From IMG/VR virus record IMGVR_UViG_3300042868_008629, positions 1 through 64,000 of that record: a stretch of 64,000 nucleotides of DNA; one strand, given 5' to 3'. The notes beneath the pieces were generated by a model. That model did no database searches, had not been told where the DNA came from, and was given only the letters and a program-made list of their open reading frames with translations. Shown here piece after piece: positions 29,446 to 39,005 of the stretch (the first letter of the stretch is position 1; every line of letters begins with the position of its first letter). The position numbers and the translations under genes were made by a program. The DNA is from an uncultured virus (IMG/VR IMGVR_UViG_3300042868_008629). Its lineage: Duplodnaviria; Heunggongvirae; Uroviricota; Caudoviricetes.

Positions 29446-30038
29446 TTGATATAATTAAGTATGGAGATTTTAAACCTCTTGGTAAACAAAAAAAGAAGAG
29501 TCAAATAATTCTTACACACACTAGTAGAAATGTGGAGAATTATTTGGCTTCTTTACGTTATAGACATAATGGAAAATATAAGAAAATTCCAAATTATGTT
29601 ATTACAAAGGATGGTAAAATTCTTCAACTTTTGGAGAATAATGAACATAGTGAATGTTTTTCGGAAAAAAACATCAATAGGAATAGTATTATAATATGTT
29701 TGGAAAATTTGGGTTGGTTGGAGAAACAACCATTGGAAAATCAGTATGTTAATTGGGTAGGCGATATTTATAAAGGTAAGACGTTCGAAAGAAAATGGAG
29801 GGACTATTTTTTTTGGGAACCGTATCCTGAAATACAAGTCCAATCATTATCAATTCTTTGTAAATCAATAATGAAAGAATTGAGGATGTCAAAAGATGTA
29901 ATCGAACATAATACAAAAATAAATGGTATTGAAAAATTCGATGGAATTGCAACCAGAAGTAATTACGACACTTACTTTACTGATTTAAGTCCAGCATTTA
30001 ATTTCGAAGATTTCAGAAAAAAAATAGAAAATGAATAA
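29442..30038 (+). CDS. N-acetylmuramoyl-L-alanine amidase-like protein (Amidase_2 fold)
   Basis: IILTHT, YVITKDGKILQL, NSIIICLEN and DLSPAF motifs. Confidence 0.65.
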   Translation: MIDIIKYGDFKPLGKQKKKSQIILTHTSRNVENYLASLRYRHNGKYKKIPNYVITKDGKILQLLENNEHSECFSEKNINRNSIIICLENLGWLEKQPLENQYVNWVGDIYKGKTFERKWRDYFFWEPYPEIQVQSLSILCKSIMKELRMSKDVIEHNTKINGIEKFDGIATRSNYDTYFTDLSPAFNFEDFRKKIENE

Positions 30039-30657
30039 TTCACACGATGAAATAAAAAGATTGTTGAAGGCATCAAGAACTATGTTATCAACTAAGGATT
30101 CAATTAATGAATCTTTTAATATTAGAAAAAAACATAATTTATTATCTGAACAAGAAATTGAGTTCGAAGGTGATAATGTAACCAAAAAAATTAGTGTTGG
30201 GGATTCAATTGAAGACAACATTAGAAAAGACGAAGAAAAAAAACGTAAGGATGAAAAAACCCAAGGATATAGAATATCTGGTGGTGTCCTATATTTACAT
30301 GGAGAAACAGAAAAAGAATTAATCTTGACTTCAGATGAGAAAAAGGCATTTCAAGAAACTATGGAAGAGTTTGTTAATGAAGTTTCAAATTATACTGATT
30401 TCGGTCCTTTAAATGTTTATAAAAATGATGTAACTTGGGAAGGTTTAATTAATGATTTTGGGTTGAATTTTAGATATTCAACAGGAGAAAAGGAAGGGGT
30501 TTACATTGAAGGTGATATGATTAAAGTTGATAAAAGTTTTATTGAATTTGCACAAAAACTTAATAGTTACTATGAAAAATTCAAATCAAAATGGGTATCA
30601 ATAATAGGAACTAGAAAAGAAACCAAAATAAACCAAGATTTTGATTTTGAAGATTAA
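30031..30657 (+). CDS. Hypothetical protein (putative head-associated)
   Basis: INES and LLSEQ motifs in the N-terminus. Confidence 0.45.
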   Translation: MNNSHDEIKRLLKASRTMLSTKDSINESFNIRKKHNLLSEQEIEFEGDNVTKKISVGDSIEDNIRKDEEKKRKDEKTQGYRISGGVLYLHGETEKELILTSDEKKAFQETMEEFVNEVSNYTDFGPLNVYKNDVTWEGLINDFGLNFRYSTGEKEGVYIEGDMIKVDKSFIEFAQKLNSYYEKFKSKWVSIIGTRKETKINQDFDFED

Positions 30658-30658
30658 T

Positions 30659-31333
30659 ATGAGCATAATAAAAAAAACAATCAAAAAATCTAATATTACT
30701 GATTTAATTGGTAATACAAAAATGAATTTACCAATAGGTAAACTTTACTCAATGAAAAAAAGTGAAGCTAAAGAATCTAAAAAATCAGGTGTGACTACAA
30801 CTAAAAAAGATATGACTGAAAAATGGAGTCAAAAATACAAAGATAGTATTGATTGTTCCAATCCCAAAGGTTTTAGTCAAAAAGCTCATTGTGATGGAAA
30901 GAAGAAAAAGGAAACTAAAGAAGCAACTGGTGCTGGAAGTGCTGGTGGATTTGTAGCACCATTGGCTTTCAATCAAAATAGTAAGTTTGTTAAAGATAGT
31001 TTTAAAGAAACACCAAAGAAAGTAGAAACTAAAGAAGCGACAGGTTCAGGTTCTTCAGGGTCTTACGAAACACCTGCAGCTTGGGCTAAATCAACAAAAA
31101 AGAAGGATTGGAGAGGTAAAAGTAAGACACTATTCCCTGGTGGTCAATTTGTTCAGGTTAAGAAAAAATGTAAAACCTTTCCATATTGTAACCAAGGAGA
31201 TATCAATGCTTTAAAACTTACAAATGAAAGTGATGTTTCTAAAACAATATCTAAATTGAGTAAAAAGTATAATGTAAGTGAAAATTATATTCAAAAACTA
31301 ATTATCAAAGAATATCGTAAAGGAAAACTATAA
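30659..31333 (+). CDS. Basic hypothetical protein (putative head-associated)
   Basis: EKWSQKYKDSIDCSNPKGFSQKAHC module; two ETKEATG(A/S)GS(A/S)G repeats. Confidence 0.5.
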   Translation: MSIIKKTIKKSNITDLIGNTKMNLPIGKLYSMKKSEAKESKKSGVTTTKKDMTEKWSQKYKDSIDCSNPKGFSQKAHCDGKKKKETKEATGAGSAGGFVAPLAFNQNSKFVKDSFKETPKKVETKEATGSGSSGSYETPAAWAKSTKKKDWRGKSKTLFPGGQFVQVKKKCKTFPYCNQGDINALKLTNESDVSKTISKLSKKYNVSENYIQKLIIKEYRKGKL

Positions 31334-31355
31334 TATTTATATTAAAAAACTAAAA

Positions 31356-32954
31356 ATGAAAAATACACAAAAATATTTAGAAACTTTAATTAAAAAATCA
31401 ATCAATGAAACTTTGGAAACCAAAGCTATTAAATTGATGGATAAAATTAAAGAAATGGAAATGGAAGAAGGATTTGATAGTCCTGAGATTAAGTTTGATA
31501 GAGGTGGTAAAGATTATGACAAATATGAGTTCAGTAGAAAAGTAAGACCATATGAGTTTATGAAAGATTTGGAAATGGACTCACTTACACCTGATGAATT
31601 TGAATATCAAATGTATACTAAAGACATCGACTTAGATGATGAACTATATGGTGATGATGAGGACTTAGACCCATTTATCGATGGTGATGATGACGACATC
31701 GAACCAATCAATGAAGGAGAAATGTGTGAACAATGTGGTGGTGGACTTAGTGAAGGTGAATGTATGGAATGTGGTTACAGACAAATGGAGGAAGAAACAT
31801 ATGATTTGAATCCTGAAAACGAGTTTGATTATGTTGAAGAAGAGGAAGAATTTGATTTATCAGATTTTGAAATTGAAGATGACTCTGAAGTATCTATGAA
31901 AGACAAAAAATATGGAATAGGTTCTGATGTTGATGATGACGATGTTGTCCGTGGTTATTGTAGTCAAGAAAGTCCAAAGTACAATATGGATGCTTGTAAA
32001 GCAGTTAAGGGGGCTATTAATGAAAGATTATATGGTAAACAAACCAAATTGGATAAAAATAAAAATGGTAAAATTGATTCAGAAGATTTCAAATTACTAA
32101 GAAAAAACGTAAACAAAAAAAGAAAAGATAAAGCTGAAGTTGAAGAAGGTAATGCTTTCACAGCTAAATTAGCTAAAACAAAAAAAGGTGGGGAGTTCGA
32201 ACTAAATGGTAAAAAATTTAAAGATACATCTAATTACGATATGAAAAATGAAAGTATAGAATATCACATTAAAGATAATCAAGGTGACATAATTAAATTA
32301 ACTGAAAATGAAATAGTTGATTTAATTGAAAGTTTAGTAAATGAACAAAAAACACCTGGTTTTAAAACAATTGGTAAACCAAGAGGACTTACAACTTACG
32401 AAAAAGCTCATAAAGGTTCTGGTGATGAAAATAAGGAGTATTTGAAATCAGTTACCAAAAAAATGAAAGATTATTTGAAAGATGGTTCTAAGGGTACATA
32501 TGAAATGAATCCAAAAATGTTCCCACAAGGAAATGGAGAACTAGCAAAAATGGACAAAAAAGCATTCAAAATGACTGATGAGTTGGAGGACTTCAATTAT
32601 GAAATAGCCGGACAAAATTTCCCAGTTCCTGATGCAATTGACTATAATGAAGAATGGATGGAGAAATTATTTAAAGGTGATTCTATGACAGGTAATGCAC
32701 CTGGTGGAAATGCTTTGGAATCTAAAACCAACGATAGGTTCAATAAAATGAGAAAGAAAAACACTCTTAAAAAATTGAAAGACCAATCATATAAGAGAGT
32801 TCCACAACCTGTATTTAATGAAAAATCAGGAACAGACCAAGGAAAAGGGTTAAATATAAAATTGGAATCCTTAGAACCAAAAAAAGCTAACCAACTTAAT
32901 GAAGAATTTGATAGAATCAAACAATTATTAGGTTATGATAGAAAAACTCAGTAA
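31356..32954 (+). CDS. Putative head scaffold or internal protein with Zn-ribbon and EF-hand-like motifs
   Basis: Acidic N-terminal half, CEQCG...CMECG, DKNKNGKIDSED, KLTENEIVDLIESLVNEQ, LNEEFDRIKQL; TATTTATA upstream. Confidence 0.5.
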   Translation: MKNTQKYLETLIKKSINETLETKAIKLMDKIKEMEMEEGFDSPEIKFDRGGKDYDKYEFSRKVRPYEFMKDLEMDSLTPDEFEYQMYTKDIDLDDELYGDDEDLDPFIDGDDDDIEPINEGEMCEQCGGGLSEGECMECGYRQMEEETYDLNPENEFDYVEEEEEFDLSDFEIEDDSEVSMKDKKYGIGSDVDDDDVVRGYCSQESPKYNMDACKAVKGAINERLYGKQTKLDKNKNGKIDSEDFKLLRKNVNKKRKDKAEVEEGNAFTAKLAKTKKGGEFELNGKKFKDTSNYDMKNESIEYHIKDNQGDIIKLTENEIVDLIESLVNEQKTPGFKTIGKPRGLTTYEKAHKGSGDENKEYLKSVTKKMKDYLKDGSKGTYEMNPKMFPQGNGELAKMDKKAFKMTDELEDFNYEIAGQNFPVPDAIDYNEEWMEKLFKGDSMTGNAPGGNALESKTNDRFNKMRKKNTLKKLKDQSYKRVPQPVFNEKSGTDQGKGLNIKLESLEPKKANQLNEEFDRIKQLLGYDRKTQ

Positions 32955-33001
32955 TTACATTTTATTATCAGTTATTATATTCTCCATAAGATAAGTTTCT
33001 T

Positions 33002-33469
33002 ATGGAGAATTTTTATAACTATGTGACGAAAGTAGTACCATCAGACGAAGTTGATATTTGGTTAAAAATCAACAATATAATACCTGAAAAAATGGAGTTA
33101 TTTTCTGATTTCAGTCAGTCACTATATGACTTGATGAGAATGACGTATTTAGGTGAAACAACAAATTCTTATGAAACTAAAATAACCTTGAGTGAAGATG
33201 ATAACCATAAGCATTTTGAGTGGTGTTGGAATAAAACAATCGAGAATTTCAAAAAAGAAGGTTTATTGTTTAACTCAAAAGGCGAACACTACGATTATTT
33301 TGATACTTTCTTCAAAGACATTTTCTACTACCAAAAAGAGGAAAAGATTAAGAACTCGGTTAAAGATTTTTTCAGTGATTTATTTGATATAAAAAAACCA
33401 TTCACAAAATCAGATTTGGATATGATTGGAATTCTTTATAAACTTTTAGATAAAAGTTTAAATGTTTAA
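33002..33469 (+). CDS. Hypothetical protein
   Basis: 155 aa ORF. Confidence 0.55.
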   Translation: MENFYNYVTKVVPSDEVDIWLKINNIIPEKMELFSDFSQSLYDLMRMTYLGETTNSYETKITLSEDDNHKHFEWCWNKTIENFKKEGLLFNSKGEHYDYFDTFFKDIFYYQKEEKIKNSVKDFFSDLFDIKKPFTKSDLDMIGILYKLLDKSLNV

Positions 33470-33532
33470 AACTAGTTTTTTATTTACATCATCACAAAAA
33501 ATCGTAATTATTAATTAATAAAATAAATCAAA

Positions 33533-33715
33533 ATGGAGACAATCGAAAAAATCAAAACATTGACAGAAGAACTTTCAGTTGATACTGGTAAATTTTTTAA
33601 AGGTAATAACAGTGCTGGTACAAGAGCAAGAAAATTGGCACAAGACCTTAAAAATTTACTACAACAATTAAGAACTGAAATTTTAGAAGAGAGAAAAAAA
33701 GAAGAGAATGTTTAA
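33533..33715 (+). CDS. Histone H1-like (Hc1-family) small protein
   Basis: KFFKGNNSAGTRARKLAQDLK matches the GNK(A/S)AGTRARK signature. Confidence 0.7.
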   Translation: METIEKIKTLTEELSVDTGKFFKGNNSAGTRARKLAQDLKNLLQQLRTEILEERKKEENV

Positions 33716-33896
33716 TATAGATACTTTATTTCTTTTTTTTAATGTATTTTCTATTCTACTCGTTCTTAGAGTAATCTATAGATTTATAAGTGCCCTATTA
33801 TCCAATCCCCCAACTAGGTTGATTATGAATAATAGGGAACTTATATTCTTTGGAATCTCATTAGCTTACACAATAACCTATTTCATAAAATTATGA
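33708..33896 (+). CDS. Small membrane protein
   Basis: Two hydrophobic segments. Confidence 0.5.
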   Translation: MFNIDTLFLFFNVFSILLVLRVIYRFISALLSNPPTRLIMNNRELIFFGISLAYTITYFIKL

Positions 33897-34321
33897 GTTT
33901 ATACCAAGAATTTTCAGCCTTATTACCATACCTTCAATCAGTAAGAAAATTAAAGAATTATTTATCATTTGATGTTAGTTTTCCCACAACATGGAAACTA
34001 CCCAAAAAGTTTGTTGAAGAGGATAAAATAATGGAACAACAATCACCTATTGCTAATGAAAGATTGTTTTCCTATGTCACTGAGATTGATGAGGATAGTG
34101 TTCAGAAAGTACACTTGAACATAAAAAATATTATAAAATACAATCTTGAACGTGAGGAAAAAGACAGGTTATTTGAAACAAAAGTGGAGGAACTAAAAAA
34201 ATTATTTGAAAAACAGAACTTAGATAAATTAAAGGGATTATATTTTGACATTAGTGAACCAACAACAAAAAAAATAGAGTTAGAAGACGATGAAGAACAA
34301 ATCACTACAACAACAACTTGA
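33893..34321 (+). CDS. Hypothetical protein
   Basis: ATGA-coupled ORF. Confidence 0.55.
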   Translation: MSLYQEFSALLPYLQSVRKLKNYLSFDVSFPTTWKLPKKFVEEDKIMEQQSPIANERLFSYVTEIDEDSVQKVHLNIKNIIKYNLEREEKDRLFETKVEELKKLFEKQNLDKLKGLYFDISEPTTKKIELEDDEEQITTTTT

Positions 34322-34481
34322 TTGGTTAGAAAGAGAAAAACAAAAAGATGAATTGATGTTAAATATTGAAAAGAATCAATTAATCAGTCAAATTAAAAAA
34401 ATAAAAAAAGAGGAAGTTCTACCTCCAAAACCAAAAAAACTAACATTATGGCAGAGAATAAAGAAGGTGTTAATGCCTTAA
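34290..34481 (+). CDS. Hypothetical protein
   Basis: C-terminal amphipathic LTLWQRIKKVL. Confidence 0.45.
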   Translation: MKNKSLQQQLDWLEREKQKDELMLNIEKNQLISQIKKIKKEEVLPPKPKKLTLWQRIKKVLMP

Positions 34482-34696
34482 TTGAAAAATTGGCTTTGAT
34501 ATCTGAAGGACTTTCAGAGATATTCCCACAAAGTAAATCAGTAGTTGTATTTTCAATGAATCAAACTGATTTTGATTTCGTTAAGAATCAAGTTTATGAT
34601 ATGTCAAGTTCCGAACAATTCAAAATTGATATATCAGGGATTGAATTTATTTTTTTGAAAGATGTGTTGTTGAATAACGCTGAAGATAGTCAATAG
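34448..34696 (+). CDS. Hypothetical protein
   Basis: Overlapping operon ORF. Confidence 0.45.
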   Translation: MAENKEGVNALIEKLALISEGLSEIFPQSKSVVVFSMNQTDFDFVKNQVYDMSSSEQFKIDISGIEFIFLKDVLLNNAEDSQ

Positions 34697-35285
34697 GAAA
34701 TCCTTTTTCAACTAATAAATTATATAGGTATTTCTTTTGTGGTTTGGATGAATCTTTAACTATTAAACAATCCATTCTTTTTTCTTTTTGAAATTTATTA
34801 ACTAAACTTTCTAAAAAAATCTCACAATCGTCTTCACACTTAAATGTGAACAAATTTATTTCATCATCTCTTTGAAATATCATTTTGTTGTTTAGTTTTG
34901 AAATTAGTTTTAAACCATCCCCCCTCAAATATTTTTTCTCAAAATCACTAAAATAAATTCTTTTCTTATTGGAGTAGTCAACAAACCCCTCTTCAACCCT
35001 ATAGTTAGAAATGTTTTTTATTGATAAATTTTCATCATCAGTTTCTACTTTAATAGTTCTCCCCAAATTATCCTTAATATATAAATTAATGTTATTCTTT
35101 GAGTTTTCCATCAAAGCTAATTCATAATCACATTTTTCTCCATTTTCGGTTTTCTTCTCAAAAAAAACATTTTCACTTGATTCTAATAAACTCTCGTAGT
35201 ATTTTTTTGCTCTTTGAAAAGTTTTGAATTTGTTGATAATTTTTCTTTTTTGTTTATTTTTAAACAAAACAATAAAATAATTCAT
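34647..35285 (-). CDS. Hypothetical protein
   Basis: 212 aa ORF divergent from dnaJ. Confidence 0.55.
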   Translation of the reverse strand: MNYFIVLFKNKQKRKIINKFKTFQRAKKYYESLLESSENVFFEKKTENGEKCDYELALMENSKNNINLYIKDNLGRTIKVETDDENLSIKNISNYRVEEGFVDYSNKKRIYFSDFEKKYLRGDGLKLISKLNNKMIFQRDDEINLFTFKCEDDCEIFLESLVNKFQKEKRMDCLIVKDSSKPQKKYLYNLLVEKGFPIDYLQRYSTTHLSKK

Positions 35286-35315
35286 AAATAAAATTTTAAA
35301 AAAAATAGATAGTTG

Positions 35316-36218
35316 ATGGAAAATCTGTATGATATTTTAGAAGTAAATGAAAATGCGACACAAGATGATATAAAGAAAAACTACAGAAAAATGGCTATGG
35401 AACATCATCCTGATAAAGGTGGGTCGGAAGATAAGTTCAAAAAAATATCTGAAGCTTATGAAACACTTGGTGATGAAAATAAAAGAAAGGAATACGATTA
35501 TAATAGAAAAAATCCACATAGGGGTAGTAGTATATTTGATGAATTTTTTGGTAATTTTCATACTCAAAGAAAAACAACAGTCCCTGACAAGATGGTTGAT
35601 GTTGAAATTGGTACATTAGAAAGTTTTCTTTCTGTAGAAAAAAATATAACCTATCAAAGGAACTTTGCCTGTGAACCATGTAATGGTAATGGTGGGGACA
35701 GACAAACTTGTAATACTTGTGGTGGGGGTGGATTTATTACCAAAACGATGGGTTCTGGTTTCTTTACACAAGTTTTTAGACAAGGTTGTCATACTTGTGG
35801 TGGTCATGGATTCACTCTCAGAAATGTTTGTGGTAGTTGTCAAGGAAAAGGAATTCAACAAAGAACGGAAACTATTAAAATAAAACTACCACATGGTGTA
35901 TCAGATGGTCAATACTTTAGAATGCAAGGTAAAGGTGATTTCATCAATGGCGTTTATGGTAATTTAATGTTAAGAGCCATAATCAAACCAGAATCTAATT
36001 TTAATAAAGCCGAAAATGATTTGATTTATAATTCTTTTTTGAATCTAAATGACCTGAAAAAGGATACAATAGAAATCCCTCATCCACAAGGAAGAATATC
36101 TGTGAAGTTACCACAAGAATTTGATACCTCAAAATCGTTACGAGTAAAAGCCAAAGGGTTTCAAACAAACCAAATTGGAGATTTAATCATTAATTTACAC
36201 GTTAAATTTAAAAGATAG
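35316..36218 (+). CDS. dnaJ: DnaJ chaperone
   Basis: J-domain with HPD (HHPDKGG), four CxxCxGxG repeats and a C-terminal domain. Confidence 0.9.
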   Translation: MENLYDILEVNENATQDDIKKNYRKMAMEHHPDKGGSEDKFKKISEAYETLGDENKRKEYDYNRKNPHRGSSIFDEFFGNFHTQRKTTVPDKMVDVEIGTLESFLSVEKNITYQRNFACEPCNGNGGDRQTCNTCGGGGFITKTMGSGFFTQVFRQGCHTCGGHGFTLRNVCGSCQGKGIQQRTETIKIKLPHGVSDGQYFRMQGKGDFINGVYGNLMLRAIIKPESNFNKAENDLIYNSFLNLNDLKKDTIEIPHPQGRISVKLPQEFDTSKSLRVKAKGFQTNQIGDLIINLHVKFKR

Positions 36219-36351
36219 ACAATATATTTTCAACAATCTTAATTGTACCATATATACTTGCAACTAAAATATATAGGGATAAACCAACTAAATACCATTG
36301 TCTGTTAGAGAAACCCTTTTTACATTTACTACAACCTTTTTCCTTTTCCAT
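36208..36351 (-). CDS. 47-aa membrane peptide with CxxC (not in the ORF track)
   Basis: Translated by hand: MEKEKGCSKCKKGFSNRQWYLVGLSLYILVASIYGTIKIVENILSIF. It fills an otherwise empty gap. Confidence 0.5.
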   Translation of the reverse strand: MEKEKGCSKCKKGFSNRQWYLVGLSLYILVASIYGTIKIVENILSIF

Positions 36352-36456
36352 AGTTTTTTAATTGAAAAGTATTATATTTGTCCCAATAATCAATAATAGT
36401 TATTGGGACTACTATTTTTATCACATCAAAGATATTTATTAAGAAAAACCAAAAAA

Positions 36457-37830
36457 ATGAGATTTACTTCCGTACTTAAGAAATTAATTGTTGAAAACTC
36501 AAGATTCAAAGTTCTTTATGATAAGATGGTTACCCCATCACAAAAAGCATTAGAAAAAAATCCAAAAGCTAAAGGTTTGATGACCTTTGACATATTAAAA
36601 AGAATCATATTTGCTGACCCTGACACCAAAGCACCTGAAAACTTTGATATAGATGGGGCATCGATTGATGATATGGATAAAGTTAAAGTGGGTAAGTTTA
36701 CACAATGGATGTTGAAAAACTTTGCAGTACCTGCTATGACTGAAGAAATGAAAGCGTTAGACCCCCAATCTAAAGAGTTTAAAAACGCTATCAAAAGTTA
36801 TAGAGAATTATATTTGGAAGATTTGTTCAAAATGACTGAACAACTTCAATTTTTCGAAAAGGTAAAACAATATCTACCTGAAAACCAAAGGGACATCAAT
36901 AAATTGACACCAGCTCAATTGAAAGATATATTTGCTAACTTCAAGTTACCTGAGAAGAAACAAAAAGAGATTGAGAAAAAACAAGCTAAGAAGACTAGAG
37001 AAGGATTGAAACATGCTGGTGGTCAAATCATTTTTGAAGGAAGTGATTGGGTATTGATTAAAGTTGAGGGTAACAACCCAACTAGTAAAGACGCAGCAAT
37101 CTATTATGGTGGTTATAAGGATTATAGAGAGGGTGAATCTGACTGGTGTACATCAGCACCTGGTTTGACTTGGTTCGAAAATTATATTAAGAATGGACCT
37201 CTTTATGTTGTATTCCCACAGAATGACAATGGTCAAGTTGGTAAAAGAACAGGATTACCTGAAGAAAGATATCAGTTCCATTTCCCTTCAAGTCAATTTA
37301 TGGACAGACACGATAGACAGATTGATTTAGTAAAGTTTTTGAATGAGAAGGCACCTGAGTTGAAAGATTTCTTCAAAGGGGAGTTTGCAAAAGGTTTGAC
37401 CACAAAGGGTGGAAAGAAAGTTGAAATTTCTTATCCAAATAGTTCAGCAGGAAAATATGTTGCATTATATGGTTTCGAAGAATTATTCGACAATTTACCA
37501 GATGATATTGAACATTTGATGATTAACAATACATCTCAAACACCAATAGGTTTGGATGTGCCTGAATCTTTGGGTAGATTCAAAAGTTTGGATGCTTTGG
37601 TTTTACAAAACATATGTAAATCATTACCTGATAGTATTGGAAACTTACAACAATTAAGTTTTCTTTCTTTACCTGATAACAAACAATTAGTATCTTTACC
37701 TGAGTCCATTACAGGTTTGGAAAACTTATCTTTTGTTAACTTAAAAGGTTCGAATCCAAGTATCAAAATACCTGAAACATTGAAAGAGAAAATGATGGAC
37801 CAAGGTGATGGTTTCTATTATGTAATGTAA
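36457..37830 (+). CDS. Leucine-rich-repeat protein with an N-terminal WCT-motif domain
   Basis: LPDSIGNLQQLSFLSL / LPESITGLENLSFVNL repeats; SDWCTS; likely start MRFTSVLKKLIVE after TATTTAT at 36433. Confidence 0.7.
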   Translation: MRFTSVLKKLIVENSRFKVLYDKMVTPSQKALEKNPKAKGLMTFDILKRIIFADPDTKAPENFDIDGASIDDMDKVKVGKFTQWMLKNFAVPAMTEEMKALDPQSKEFKNAIKSYRELYLEDLFKMTEQLQFFEKVKQYLPENQRDINKLTPAQLKDIFANFKLPEKKQKEIEKKQAKKTREGLKHAGGQIIFEGSDWVLIKVEGNNPTSKDAAIYYGGYKDYREGESDWCTSAPGLTWFENYIKNGPLYVVFPQNDNGQVGKRTGLPEERYQFHFPSSQFMDRHDRQIDLVKFLNEKAPELKDFFKGEFAKGLTTKGGKKVEISYPNSSAGKYVALYGFEELFDNLPDDIEHLMINNTSQTPIGLDVPESLGRFKSLDALVLQNICKSLPDSIGNLQQLSFLSLPDNKQLVSLPESITGLENLSFVNLKGSNPSIKIPETLKEKMMDQGDGFYYVM

Positions 37831-37843
37831 AAAAATTATATCT

Positions 37844-38128
37844 ATGAATATTGATGTTGAAATATACATTAAGAACTTTATAAACTTCTTTGAGAGCAAC
37901 CCCAACGAATTGATTGATTTGATTGGTGACGAACTCAAAGAAGTTTTTTATAAAAAGGTAGAGGAACAATGTTATAAGAACCTTGACAATGGTGAGGACA
38001 TTGTTTTGACTCAAAAACAATTGATTGAAATCGTTGTGGACATTAAGAAGGGAAAACCTGATATGAAGGTGTTATTAACCAATGGTGTCTTTCAAAAAAC
38101 AAAATATGGATTAATTTCTTTGAATTAA
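37844..38128 (+). CDS. Hypothetical protein
   Basis: ORF in operon. Confidence 0.5.
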   Translation: MNIDVEIYIKNFINFFESNPNELIDLIGDELKEVFYKKVEEQCYKNLDNGEDIVLTQKQLIEIVVDIKKGKPDMKVLLTNGVFQKTKYGLISLN

Positions 38129-38129
38129 G

Positions 38130-38161
38130 TTTGGAAATTAGAAAACCTCGTTGTATCTTTG
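38130..38161 (+). promoter_or_regulatory. Bacteroidota-type promoter
   Basis: TTTG (38130-38133), 20-nt spacer, TATCTTTG (38154-38161). Confidence 0.65.
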
Positions 38162-38196
38162 ACTTATCAATTACTCACCACTAAAAACTTAAAGAT

Positions 38197-38946
38197 ATGA
38201 CAATCCAAGACATCAAAACAATCGCTCCTGCAATCTTCTCTACTTCTGCTGACCCCAAAATGTCAAACAAGTATTCATTCGTTCCAACAATCGAATTGAT
38301 GGAAAACTTCACCAACGAAGGATGGCAACTTGCATCTGTAAAACAAAATGGTAAAGGTGCATATGGTGTACACGAACTAAGATTCCGTAATGGTGAATTA
38401 CCTGCTGTTGGTGACACATTAGTTGAGGCCATCGTTAGAAACTCTCACAACGGAACTACAGCTCTTACAGTTGGCGCTGGTTTATTTAGATTATGTTGTA
38501 GTAACGGACTTACAGTTCCAACTTCAACCGCTGAACAATTCACTGTAAGACATATGGGTTTTGACTCTGACGAAGTAAAAAGATTGACTGAGAGCTTTGC
38601 AAAGAAACTTCCTCTAATCCAAAACTCAGTTGATAAGATGATGGATAGAATGTTGACTGAAGGTGAAAAGATTGAGTTTGCTAAAAACGCATCAATCATC
38701 AAGTGGGGAATGGGTTCAGTCCCATCAACATTAAACCTTGAACAACTTATTACACCACAAAGAATTGAAGATAGTAAAGATGACCTTTGGACAACCTTCA
38801 ATGTAATCCAAGAGAAGTTCATCAGAGGTGGTGTGGATTACAAATCAAACTCAGGTAGAAAGACATCTTTGAAAGGTTTGAAAAATATTATGGCCTCCAA
38901 CCAAATGAATACAAAACTTTGGACATTGGCAGAAACATTAGTGTAG
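38197..38946 (+). CDS. DUF932/DUF945-family protein
   Basis: SNKYSFVPT, NSHNGTT, GLFRLCCSNGL, DLWTTFNVIQE and N..LW motifs. Confidence 0.8.
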   Translation: MTIQDIKTIAPAIFSTSADPKMSNKYSFVPTIELMENFTNEGWQLASVKQNGKGAYGVHELRFRNGELPAVGDTLVEAIVRNSHNGTTALTVGAGLFRLCCSNGLTVPTSTAEQFTVRHMGFDSDEVKRLTESFAKKLPLIQNSVDKMMDRMLTEGEKIEFAKNASIIKWGMGSVPSTLNLEQLITPQRIEDSKDDLWTTFNVIQEKFIRGGVDYKSNSGRKTSLKGLKNIMASNQMNTKLWTLAETLV

Positions 38947-38961
38947 TGATTGAAAAATGAT

Positions 38962-38994
38962 GGGGAGAGATTGATTATCTCTCCTCTTTTTTTT
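38962..38994 (+). terminator. Intrinsic terminator
   Basis: GGGGAGAGAT / ATCTCTCCTC stem plus T run. Confidence 0.75.
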
Positions 38995-39005
38995 ATAATT
39001 TTACT

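Noticed and set aside
37747..37757. GGTTCGAATCC, a tRNA T-loop-like sequence
   Set aside because: It lies in frame within the LRR gene and has no flanking cloverleaf stems.
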